This document shows positions 13,500 through 24,848 of a stretch of DNA of 64,000 nucleotides, piece after piece. Position numbers and translations under genes: made by a program. Numbering within the stretch: position 1 is the first letter of the stretch; each line of letters begins with the position of its first letter. The notes beneath the pieces are model-generated. The model worked only from the letters and a program-made list of their open reading frames with translations, made no database searches and was not told where the DNA came from. The stretch is from Paramoeba atlantica (Eukaryota; Protista; Discosea), in assembly GCA_977017575.1 (NCBI GenBank), contig CDRNVI010000178.1, forward strand, positions 129,755 through 193,754, given 5' to 3'.

Positions 13500-13891
13500 A
13501 GTTCATTATTGTTTCAAATGCAATGTCTCTTTTCATAGAAGTTGTTTATCAAAAGAAAAGATTTGTTCAGCAAAATGTTTCCTCCAACCATTTTTCTAGA
13601 ATCAAAACTCAGACTTCATCAAGTTGAAACCTACAACCCTAACACAATTTGTCTTTGGAAAGAAAGATGTTTATTATCAATGCTTTTTTTCTAAGGAGGA
13701 AGATTACTTATTTTCCACAATCAATTTTGGTTCAGTGGACAGGATTGAATAAGACACATTTTCCCTTTCCTAAGTGGATTGAAAAGCGTTTAATTATTGT
13801 GATTGCAATGCAGCATTTTGCTCAAGTTATATTAAATACTTAAATTATTATGGTGGTTCTTATATGGATTTTTTTAAGTGAATATTGTGGT

Positions 13892-14217
13892 AAATTGTGG
13901 CATAATGGCTTAGTTGGTAAAACAGCTATTGCTTCAATTTGGGGTTGTAGGTTTAAATCCCAAAGAGGAAAATATTAAAAACATTATTTTTTCTTCCTGT
14001 TCACTTGAATGTAAAAAATAGAATAGGTTATCCTCTGCCCTGTTTGCTAAAAAGCAGAGAATAAATTCCCTGAAAAGGAGTTTAAGTGAATTAAAGGTCT
14101 TTGAACCATTTGAACCTAAAGAAGTGAAACTCGATCCTTGTTATTTTTAATCTTAAAAAATTAGTAGTTTTGGGTTAAGCCATCACCTAATAAAGTCCAG
14201 TGTTAAAAAGAAAAAAA
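13892..14217 (+). mobile_element. SINE family B
   Basis: Full head tggcttagttggtaaa, B-box variant ggtttaaatccc, tail gtgttaaaaagaaaaaaa. Confidence 0.85.
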
Positions 14218-14234
14218 CATTGATTTTGCTTCTT

Positions 14235-14901
14235 AGTGATTTGATTGGAGTGAGGAGCTTTTGAAGAAGTGTGAAAATCAGAACAGGTTACATCTCAGCC
14301 CTGTCTGCTAAAAAGTTGAGAATAAATTCTCTTGGAAGGAGCTTTGGATTATTCTCCCTTCTAATGTGCATTTTCCAGTCTAAACTTACAGAAGTTCTAA
14401 AGTTCAGCATAAAGACTGATTGAACTAAGCTAAAGTTTAAAACTTTACCTCTTATTAAAGGTTAAAAACAAACATAATTTAATGTAATTCAAATGGTTTA
14501 GATTAAGAACTACTAATTGAATAAAATCTACCTCAAAAGGAAAAAAAAAAGTTTTTCAATATTTTAGAAAATTTTTCTGATGCTGTAGAGTGATTTGATT
14601 GAAGTGAAGAGCTTTTGAAGAAGTGTGAAAATCAGAACAGGTTACATTTCAGCCCTGTTTGCTAAAAAGTTGAGGATAAATTCTCTTGAAAAGAGTTTTA
14701 AATTATTTTCCCTTTTAATATGCATTCTCCAGCCTGAACTTATAAAAGTTCTAAAGTTCAGCATCAAGACTGACTAAACTAAACTGAAGTTTAAAACTTC
14801 ACTTCTTGTTAAAGGTTAAAAACAAATATAATTTAATGTAATTCAAATGGCTTAGATTAAAAACTACTAATTGAATAAAGTCTGCCTCAAAAAAAAAAAA
14901 A
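14235..14901 (+). mobile_element. Two tandem 5'-truncated SINE family A copies (14235-14550, 14551-14901)
   Basis: Each matches the 5668/21512 body and ends in an A-tract. Confidence 0.85.
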
Positions 14902-15552
14902 GGTTTGAAAATCATCTTGTTTATTTATGATTTGTGAATTATTCACACCTTTCCAATGTGAAATTTCAAATGGGGTTTCTTGATTGTTGCTCTGGTTAGT
15001 TGTTCAGTTTAATTACAAAATCAAAAATTAAAAAAAACACCAAACTTGTCACCAATTATCTTGTTGGAGTCTTTAATATTTCTAAGGAGTTCAATTATTG
15101 TGATTACAATGCAACATTTTGTTCAGGTTATATTGAATACTCAAATTATTGTGGTGGTTCCTATGTGGATTTTTTGAAGCAAACATTGTGGTTGGCATGA
15201 GTCTCCCCCATCTTCAAAACCACAATAAAAGTGGACACAAACTCACCTCAAATTGACTATAAGAAAAACAAATATTTCAACTTTAGTGGACAAACAAAAA
15301 AGGAAATTACTTTTTTTTTATTAGTTTGCTGGAAAGTCAACTTAAGAATTGGTGAGTCTTCAATTTACCACCCTCAGTTTTGGATTTGAGAAGAGGTTTT
15401 TGAAGAAAGTTTCTTTTGGTATTTGAATCTCAGAAAATTACAGAATTTGCAAAACAATAAAATTTTTTCTCCCCTTTTAAGGCCTCTTATCTTTAACAAA
15501 AAAAAACCACTTGTTGGTCAAGTTGAAATCTTCTGTATAACAAGAGTTTTTA

Positions 15553-17854
15553 TCAAGCCCATGGGACTTATTCTGTACCCAGCAATTTTTCAACAAGAAA
15601 GAGTGAGTTAGGGCACTAAAATAAACAATGGTATTCTTGGTGTCACTTTTAGAAAGTTAAAATTTTTATTTAAAATAGAATATAGTCCTCTAAATTTTTG
15701 TTAGCTTTACTCTTTCATTTTCTATCTCTCTCTTCCTCATTTTTGGATTGCTTTTCCTTTCTCCAAAACTTCTCTTCTTCACTATTTTCACTTTTCTCTT
15801 CACTTTTATCTTCTTCAACACTTGCAAGTTCCTCTAATTTATAATCAAATCCAGGGTACTCCAGGAGCCTCCATCCAGATTGGTCCTTGCATACAGATGG
15901 GATGGAAAACAAGGAGTAGAAATAAGATGGGGTGTCAGCAAGCCAAACATCCATTGTATCCATCATGAGGTTCTTCCTTTCATTCTCTATCAGTTCAGTG
16001 AAGTTTTTCATTATCTCTTTTAAACTCTTGTCTTCACTCTCATCTTCACTCTCATCTTCTTTCCTCTCATCTTCTTTGCTCTCATCTTCCTCCTCTTCAC
16101 CACAATTTTTTTTCTTTCTGTTTTAATGAAGGACTTTCACCAATTCTTTGTTTGTCAGCACAATTGAGTGGATTGGAATCAAGTGTCTTTGCTGTTGTTT
16201 CAGTTTGGTCTCTTCAACATCTGCCACTATCAGGGTGGCCAAAGGTTTGCTTGGATCAACTGGTGAAATCCTGCTGAAGGCAAAGGAACTCTCAATATTT
16301 TCCTCAAAACATGCAAAATACAGAGAATGATGGCATTCACAAAGAATTTGTTCCTGTTGCTCATTCTTTGTGGCCCATTGATTTTTTTCCACCTCTTCTT
16401 AAGTTCACTTTTGAAAACTTTGAAGACTGTCTGATCAAGTGGCTGGAGAAGGTGTGATGTGTGAGATGGCATTGTAAGCACAACAACATTGTTTTTTCAC
16501 AACAATTCAATAGTTTCAGGATTTCCACTCTTTGTGATTTTATCTAAGAGAAGAGGCCAATTCTTTAAAGGGAAAACCACCCCAGGAACATTATAACTTC
16601 TATTAGCCTAAATAAATTGAAGTAAAATGATGTGTTCCTTATTTTGAATTACCTTTTTGACAACTCTCTTCTTATCATGTGGTGAGATCACTTGAAACTT
16701 TTGTGTTCCTGGAGCAACCATTGTTTTATCAAAATTCAACAGAAACTTCAAATCAATGGATTTAAAGAGTTTTTGATGTTTTTCAAACCACTCAGTAATA
16801 ACTTTTTTTGAAATGATCTGTTCTTCTACAACTATTTGAGGAAAAATGCTTTGAATTGTTTGTGCAATGGCCCAAGAAAGACCAAAGTGATGTAAGAGTT
16901 TTCATTCTATCTTTTGTGCCATGAGTATAAGTTTGTTTCAGGTTGGGTATTCAAGTAGATTCACTTGGATAATTTGATCAATCAAATCTTGCTTTTGATT
17001 GAGATTGAGGTAGGTGGGTTGTCTTCTCTTTCCAATCTCATGATCTTCCCTCATCACTTGCAATGCTCACCTGATTTTTAGTTTTGGAATATCAAAAATA
17101 ATTTCTGCTGCTCTTTGAGAAAGCAAGTTCTTCTAACAACATAAAGCTGCTTTTTTAACTGATGAGAATTTAATAAATTCTCTTTTGCCCTTGATTTTTT
17201 CATGAAAAATTTTTGGATCAAAGTTTTGTGAAGAAACATAAAGCTTCTTTTTAATTGTGGCATGATGGCTTAGTTGGTAAAACAGCTATTGCTTCAATTT
17301 GGGGTTGCAGGTTCAAATTCCAAAGAGGAAAATATTAAAAATATTATTTTCTCTTCCTGCTCACTTGAATGTGAAAAACAGAACAGATTATTCTCTGCCC
17401 TGTCTACTAAAAAGCAGAGAATAAATTCTCTGAAAAGAAGTTTAAGTGAATTAAAGGTCTTTGGACCATTTGAACCTAAAGAGGTGAAACTCTATCCTTA
17501 TTATCTTTAACCTTAAAAAATTAGTGGCTTTAGGTTAGACCATCACTTAATAAAGTCCAGTGTTAAAAAGAAGAAACATAAAGCTTCCTATAAGAAAAAG
17601 AGGGTTACTTTCCTACATTAACAGTCTCCTCATAAAATTTTATCTGATTCCATTTCTTTTTCATCAAACCAATAGTTTCCTCAAAGATTTCACTTTCATA
17701 CTGTTTCTATAGAAAATGGCAACTGACAATAAAAATAAATTCCAAAAAAAGGATAACTATGATAACACCAAGAACATCATTATTTATTTTAGTACCCTAA
17801 TTCACTCTTTCTTGTTGAAAATTGCTGGGTACAGAATAAGTCCTATGGGCCTGA
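15553..17854 (-). mobile_element. pogo-like (DDE_1) DNA transposon with ~95-bp TIRs and a decayed transposase
   Basis: 15553-15645 is the inverted repeat of 17760-17854 (tcaagcccatgggacttattctgtacccagcaatt...), flanked by TA. The minus strand encodes LLNFDKT and PSHTSHLLQPLDQTVFKVFK, followed by an acidic tail. Confidence 0.88.
17248..17570 (+). mobile_element. SINE family B inserted in the pogo element
   Basis: Perfect 17-bp TSD aagaaacataaagcttc (17231-17247 / 17571-17587). Confidence 0.92.
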
Positions 17855-18008
17855 TATAACCCTTAGATTTTAGCTTTAGTTTCAGTTCCTCAACCACTTG
17901 ATAATAATGTAGCTAAGAAAGTTTGTATCAAAACTTGATTCTTATTTAAGTTATCCTTTTTCCAACTTACTTTTCAACTTTCTAAGGTTATCTTCAATCC
18001 TCTCCCAC

Positions 18009-21000
18009 TGTTAGGTTGTGAGAGTGTTTCAACTCTTCTTATTGAAGATGCTTTTCAATTTGGTGTTGTTTTGTTATTTCTTTTATGTTTTCCTGATTAA
18101 GAAGTGTTTTGTTTTGCTTAAATTTGTGTTTCATCACAAATTTGATTTGTATTGCTTTTGTTGTGCTTTAAACAGAAGTTGTAGAAAACATAGTAAATTT
18201 GTTCTCAAATGTTGAAAACAGGAGTTTTTAGTATTATTACTTGTTTGAAGCAATTTCTGAAGATTCAAAGTTAAATCTTTAGAGAATGGATTACTTTACT
18301 ATGGGTGTTTCTAATATTATTACATTTTTGTTTCAAGATAATCTTGGTGCTGAGTGGCAAGAAAAAATTCATGTAGCTGCAAAGGATGTGAAACAAAAAC
18401 CTTTTAAGAAAATCAAGCCATTTATGAATTGGCTTGAGATGTATTTAAAGGTATTGAATATAGAACTTGATTCAGTTGATGCAAAGAGTATTCTGTATCA
18501 TGCTCTGATTTCAAAATATTGTGATGTTTTTGAAAGTAAGTTTAAAAATTTTAATCTTAACAAAACACCTTGGTGTTCTCTAGAAGAATATGACTTTCAA
18601 ACAGAATTATTTTACAGTTTTGCAAATGTAAGTTCTGGATCTGGGGGCTTGAGGAAGTGTTATTATTGTGGAAAACATGGTTATGTTCAAAGCAATTGTC
18701 CATCTCAGAGATTGAAGAGTCCATCTGAGAAAATTTCATCTGAGAGAGTCCCATTTGAGAAAAGAGTGCCTTATGAGAAACAAACTTTATTACAGGAAGG
18801 AAAATGTTTTAACTGTCAGAAAACTGGACATATGATGAGAGATTGTTCTGAAAAGAAGTCAATGATTGATTTGGGGGGTGGAAACTCTCCAGTAAATTTA
18901 TCAAATTATTTGAAAGAAAAATTTGATTCTGATTTGTTCTTGAGTAAGGTTGAACTTGCTTTTGAGAAATTTGATGGTAGTATTCCTATTTGTTCTCCAG
19001 CAATAATGATTTTGTGTTGTGACTATAAATTATGGAAAGGTTTGGAGGGTGAAGTTGGAATAGGTAAAACTAATTTGATAGGGATTGGGGGTAAATCATT
19101 TAATTTAATGAAATTTAAATAGGTTTATGGGTATACTCTTATCTATTAAGTGAAAATTAAAATCTGGAGGAATGTTATATTGGGTGGAAATCAAATTGTA
19201 CTCAAGGCAATGGGCTAAATTTAGCACCAGTGGGCCATTATTTGCCTTCACTTTTTATTGCCATTTTGTTTTTGGATTCATGAATGAATTTAAAAGAAAT
19301 GTGAAAGTTTATTCTTCAAGGTCCATTGAAAGTAGCCAATTTGTTGCTTCTTTTATGAGAGAATCAGAAGGAACTCTAAAAGTCAGGGAAGAATCACATG
19401 TGGCTGTGCATTTTTCAGGCCTTTCTCCCCATGTTTCTTTCACATTTTTGGACCCAGACTTTGCAGTGAAAATCGGTTTTTCACTGTGACCCATTTTTAA
19501 AAAAGCTTCAAGCAAGCCATACATTCAGGTGAAGTGAGGACTCGAACTTGCTTTGTTCTAAAAATTATCTTTCCTCCAGCTTCTTTTCTTTGTTCTTTTT
19601 CTTCTTCCAACTTCTTCTTCTTCTCATCTCTTTCCTTTACTGCCTCCTTGATAGCATTGATTTTCTTTTGCTTTTCTTGATCTTGTTCTTGGACTTGAAA
19701 CTTTTTAACTTCTGCAATCATTTTCAACAGCTCCAATGGAAAAAGACTGACTTGTTTCCAGGAATTTTCAACCACATGACTCATATTCTCTTTTTTCAAC
19801 ACTTGAGCAACAAAGCAGGTGATATCACAACTTTTGACCACAAGTGAGAAGGCAACATAAGATTGCAAATCTTGATCCAAATTAATTTTGAATTGTTGAT
19901 TGACTGACCAGTCATTTGGTTGCAGAATGCTCATTGTGTAGGAAGGAAGACAGACATGTGAACTTTTCGAATGTTCATGACACTCTGCTGGAGTGTACAG
20001 TTGACAGTTTGACAACTTACAAGAGGCAGATTGGGCTTATTGGAAAATTTTTGCATCCACTCAGTGACCTCTGTTCTGGTGAATTGGGTGTCTGTAGAAC
20101 TTTTGACTGAGAGCATAAAAATTTCCAAATCTTGTTGATTTTTTTTCAAAAGATATCATGGTTTTCCAGGACTGAGAGGCCCCCTCTGATGAAACCTTTG
20201 CAGTGTGCCATGATTGACTTGAAACTGAGTTGCTACTGCTCTTCATGAATCCCCAGTTTTTTGCTTGTAAGCAATTGCTGCAGCTAACTGGTTTGTTTTT
20301 CCCATTTTTTATCTTTCAATAAACCTTTACAAAAGAGAATTGATGTTTATTCTTCTCTATTTCATTGAAAAGGGGAAAGAAAATGGAAAGAAAGGTGGGG
20401 TGACTGAACAAGAATTTTTCAAGAAAAGTGGCAGCAAATAATGGTCCACTGGTGCTAGATTTAGCCTGTCGCCCTCAATCAAGATGATACTAAGAAATTA
20501 AGAATCTCAGTTGAAGGTGTTCATTCAGTTTTTTCCTTTTGAAAAATAAGTTCCTTTAGGGATAATCATGTTTGATGTGAAGAGGAGGAAGTTTCTATAG
20601 ATGAGATCCAGTGGGAGAAAAAGAAGGTTGATATACTTCTTCAGAGTGTTGAAAGTGCTTTGGATGTGAATGCTAAGCTTCCAACAAGCAGTTTTTGTAA
20701 TTTGATTAATTCAGAATTTCAAGTTGTTCTTAGAGATTCTGATCCTGTGTATACTCAACAATATCTGATTCCCTGGAATATTCAGCCTGCAGTTTGCCAG
20801 AGAATCAAAGAATGGGTGGACAATGGTTAGGTTAAGAAGTGAAATAAGAATTCAAAAAATGTTTGGAATTCTTCTCTCCTGGCAGTGCCAAAACAATCTA
20901 ATGGTGTGAATGAGGCTGATGATATAAGATTGTGTATTGATTTGTGAAAAGTTAATTCAAAGTCAAAGGAACCAATTTATACTTTGCTAACACCTGTTGA

Positions 21001-21511
21001 AAAGTTTAAAACAGTTGGTGATGCAAAATTTTTCACTGAAATTGATTTGTTTAGTGCTTACCACCTTATTAAAGTGGAGGAAGATAGTCAACCTCTGCTT
21101 GGTTTTGTTGATCCTTAAGGAATTCAGTATGTTTGGATGAGATTACCTTTTGGTCCCAAAGGTGCAGTTACCCATTTTCAGGCTTAAGGTGAGAGAATGA
21201 TTTTAGGAATTGAAGATGTGATTTCTTACTTGAATAATTTTTTAGTTGCCTCTCAAATGTTCAAATCTCACTGTGAAAGTGTAAAAAGGGTAATTGAAGC
21301 ATTGACAGAGGTGGGTTTTCCAATCAATCATAAAAAATGTAAGTTTCTGATGAAAAAATTGAAATTTATGAGTCATTTAATTGATGGTAATTCTTGCTTG
21401 ATTGACAGTCACAAGATTAAAGTGGCTGCCAAGATTGCTTGTCCAGTTACTAGGAAACAAGTGGAACAAATGTTGAGTTTTTTCAATTTTTTGAGAGACT
21501 TTATTTCAAAT
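18009..21511 (+). mobile_element. Ty3/Gypsy 5' half: partial LTR, gag with two CCHC knuckles, protease region, RT
   Basis: LTR start tgttaggttgtgagag is homologous to 22329-22626. ORF 18286-19122 contains CYYCGKHGYVQSNC and CFNCQKTGHMMRDC. RT motifs: RLCIDL, LPFGPKGA, YLNN, FFNFLRDF. Confidence 0.88.
19213..20466 (-). mobile_element. Internally deleted pogo-like element with ~33-bp TIRs, nested in the Gypsy
   Basis: Left TIR ggctaaatttagcaccagtgggccattatttgc; right end (reverse complement) ggctaaatctagcaccagtggaccattatttgc. Minus ORF contains LPSYTMSILQPNDWSVNQQFK. TG flanks both ends. Confidence 0.85.
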
Positions 21512-21934
21512 GAGTTGACACCTGTAGTTTAGTCATAAATTCAACTATGTTCAACCCCAGGGGGGTGAGTTCAAATCCCAGTTTTTTAATATTTTAGAAA
21601 ATTTTTCTGGTGCTGTAGAGTGATTTGATTGGAGTGAGGAGCTTTTGAAAAAGTGTGAAAATCAGAACAGGTTACATTTCAGCTCTGTTTGTTAAAAAGT
21701 TGAGGATAAATTCCTTTGGAAAGAACTTTGGATTATTCTTTCTTTTGATGTACATTCTCCTGCCTGAACTTGCAGAAGTTCTAAAGTTCAGCATAAAGAC
21801 TAACTAAACTAAACTGAAGTTTAAAACTTCACCTCTCATTAGAGGTTAAAAACAAATATAATTTAATATAATTCAAATGACTTAAATTAAAAACTACTAA
21901 TTGAATAAAGTTTGCCTCAAAAAGAAAAAAAAAA
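21512..21934 (+). mobile_element. tRNA-derived SINE family A, full length
   Basis: Head gagttgacacctgtagtttagtc, B-box gagttcaaatccc, poly(A). The right TSD copy is partial (agacttta). Confidence 0.88.
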
Positions 21935-22328
21935 AGACTTTAAACAGATTATTGCCATGTTGTTGTAATGTTGCATTTTGTTGCAAGACAAAGTGGCAAG
22001 CAGTTCATACATCATCACAAGGAGACAACAAGCCAATAGAATGAGAAAAACTTTAAAAGAAAGGTTTCAATCCATTTTAGTCATTTAGACAATTCATTCT
22101 TCTGCTAGCCACATCATTTCACTTGATCAGTACATCAAAAACCCTGACAATTTCTCAAGAAGATATAGTAGATTTTCTTAAAAACATTGTTGCTTAACCT
22201 GATGCTGAGAAGGGGGTTATTATAATTGAGAATGAGGATGAGGCTTCCTTGGACTTGAACAAACCTCAGTTCTCATCTGATCCAATTTCTGGAAGCAAAT
22301 GGTCAATAACTATTCACAACACCAAAAC

Positions 22329-24670
22329 TGCTTGAAAAATCCTAGATGGGATGAATTTCCAGTGTAAGTGGGAGTATAGAGTGGTGCATCTCTACTACTA
22401 ATCCAAACAGAACAAAGAAATGGATCAGTTTAAATTTCTTAAATTTACTATGTTTTCTACAACTTCTGCTCAAAGTACAATAAAAGCAATACAAACCAAA
22501 TTCATGATGAAACACAAATTTGGACAAAACAAAATGCTCTCTAATCAGAAAAACACAGAGGAAACAACAAAACAACACCAAATCAAGAAGCATCTTTGAG
22601 AGTCAAAACACTCTCACAACTTGACACCCCCCACAAGTGTACATTTCCACTGAAAATTACATGACAAAACAAAAAATCACAACAAAAAAACAAAAATAAA
22701 ACTTCCAACAACCACTTACAACAACATCACAGAACAGAAATAATCACTTCTTTTGATAAAAGTTATATTTCTTACTCTTTGAAGCCTCTAGATAATATTT
22801 TCAAATCAAATCATCAGCAAAAAAGTCAGTTGCAGAAATCCACAACTTTTCATCAAACCCTTTCCATTTAACTTGATATTCTTTCTTGCTAACATTACCA
22901 CAATCTTCCAAAATTTTCTCAACTTTATAAAGTTCATCAACTTTAACTTCAGCTTTTACCACTTTCAATCAAGAAATTGAAACCTTGTTAGCATAGGGAG
23001 TCTCTATCAAATAAATCAAATTATAACCCTTAGTCTTTGAATCATAACTTTTAATTTTAAAAGATCCTTCCCATTCCTGTTGCCATTTCATCTCTTTCAT
23101 GTATACTTTTTTCATCACAGTTGTTCCAACTTTCAAAGGTTTGTCTTTGAGAATTTTCTTTTCCTTTCTCTTAGAATTCTTTAACTTACAATTTAACTTT
23201 CCTGAAGCAGCAGAAAGTCTTGCAAGGGCTGGATAAACCATATGAATCAAATTTCAATTCCTTTCAAGTAAATTGTTCTGGAGTCATGACTTTCAGTTCA
23301 ATCTTTTTATAATTCCTCACTTGATTCACTTTTCAACTGAACATACAAGCAAATGGCATTGACTTGTGATGAGAAATATATCAATCATTCAGTAAAAGTT
23401 GAATCACAGGTAAAATTTTTACCTAATAAGTACCCTTACCATGCATCATCTTTTTTAATATATTATTAACTTCCTTAACATACCTTTCAACCATACCATT
23501 TTAAGCTGGGAAATATTTCAGAACTTTTCTAGAATGAGCTTCAGTGAGTTCTTTAAACTTATTCATTGATTTGCTCATAAATGATGGATCTTGGTCACTT
23601 TGAATTTCCCAGGGAAACCCAAAATTACAAAACACTTCCAATAAAACTTCAGCAACAGCTTCTAAAGATTTTGATTTCAATGGATGCAAAAATACAAAAC
23701 AAGTCACACAATCAATGATAATAAGACCCACAGTAAAACCATTTAATGTCTCAGGAAGACCACAAATAAAATCAATTGCTATCAAGTTCATCAGGAGAGT
23801 GACAGAAACTGAAGTCAATAGATGAAAACCAATCTTTCCAACATAAAAGTGAAGACACTCCATACAACCAACACAAACTTTTTCTACCATTTTTCATATA
23901 TTTGACCAATAATACCTTGAGCAAAACAAATTGTTGAATGTTCCAAACACTTCCATATGACTTTCATTATATTTGTTTTGAACTAAAGACAATTTGTTTT
24001 TATCAATGGGTTCACATTTATCAATCACAGAATTTAAAAATTCCTCAAGTCTCTCTTTTGTATACACTCCTGGTTCAGAATTACAATTGACATTTCTAAC
24101 ATCCAACCCAACCAAAGGTAACTCATACTCCACAGGAACTTCTTCTTTAACACAACAACAGGAAAGAAAATCAGGTAAAATATTCTCTATTTCTTTAATA
24201 AAGACAATGGTAAAATCATACTGAAGAAGAAAATCAAACCAGTCAAGTATTAGAAATAAAGTTGATGAATTCAAATATGTTAAAGCTTTGTAATCAGTTT
24301 CCACAACAAATTTTCTTCTCAAAAGATAATATTGAAATTTTTTAAACAAGAAAACAATTGCTAATAGTTCCCTCTTAGGAGTAGAATAGTTTCACTGACC
24401 TGCTTGAAGAGTCTTCAAGCATAGCATAACATATTTCTTCAAACCATTTTCAATTACTTGATACAAAACCACATTAACAGCTTTTTGTGACACATCACAA
24501 GCTACCTGAAATTCCAACTCCTAATCAAGTTGAGACAGAACAAGCACATGTTCTACCACATATTTCAAATCTTGGAAAGCTTTCTCTTCAGCTTCCCCCC
24601 AAGGAAAAGTAATTTTTCTCAATTTTCTTAACTTCTCCAATGGGGATGCTATTGAAGCAAAATTTGAAAT
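22329..24670 (-). mobile_element. Inverted Ty3/Gypsy 3' half: RT end, RNase H, integrase, PPT, 3' LTR (22329-22626)
   Basis: Minus translation: SNFASIASPL...ACDVS...NYSTPKRELLAI...VETDYKAL; integrase AIDFICGLP, QSDQDPSF. A G-rich PPT (gggggg) abuts the LTR TGTCAAG...TCAAGCA. Confidence 0.88.
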
Positions 24671-24848
24671 TCATCTTTCTTTCCAGAGAAGGTCCACTGG
24701 AGTTTCAACTTTCCCACAAGAGACTCAGCCATAGAGAGCTCATTAAATTCTTAATCCAAACAAATCCATGAACAACATAGCCACACAAACATAATTTGGT
24801 ACAGAGAATTTACAGACTGATTTATTGATAAGAGAATAGCAATCAAAA

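Larger units (their letters stand above)
12066..15550 (-). repeat. Inverted, insertion-riddled paralog of 47650-50965 (TET-2 5' part, 200-bp array, ORF-X 5' part), lacking the recombinase cassette
   Basis: Reverse-complement matches: 12066-12450 with 50610-50965; 12450-12760 with array units; 12770-12873 plus 13504-13510 with 48200-48330; 14970-15530 with 47660-48200. 13770-13890 is an extra partial copy. Confidence 0.85.

Noticed and set aside
12733-13538. K/E/Q-rich and F/L-rich ORFs over the LTRs (also 34462-35383 and 44156-45256)
   Set aside because: They are by-products of the purine/pyrimidine bias of the LTR, and their boundaries change with flanking sequence.
17255-17330. Functional tRNA genes at the SINE heads
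   Set aside because: A and B boxes are present, but I could not fold a cloverleaf. They continue into repeated bodies with A-tails and TSDs.
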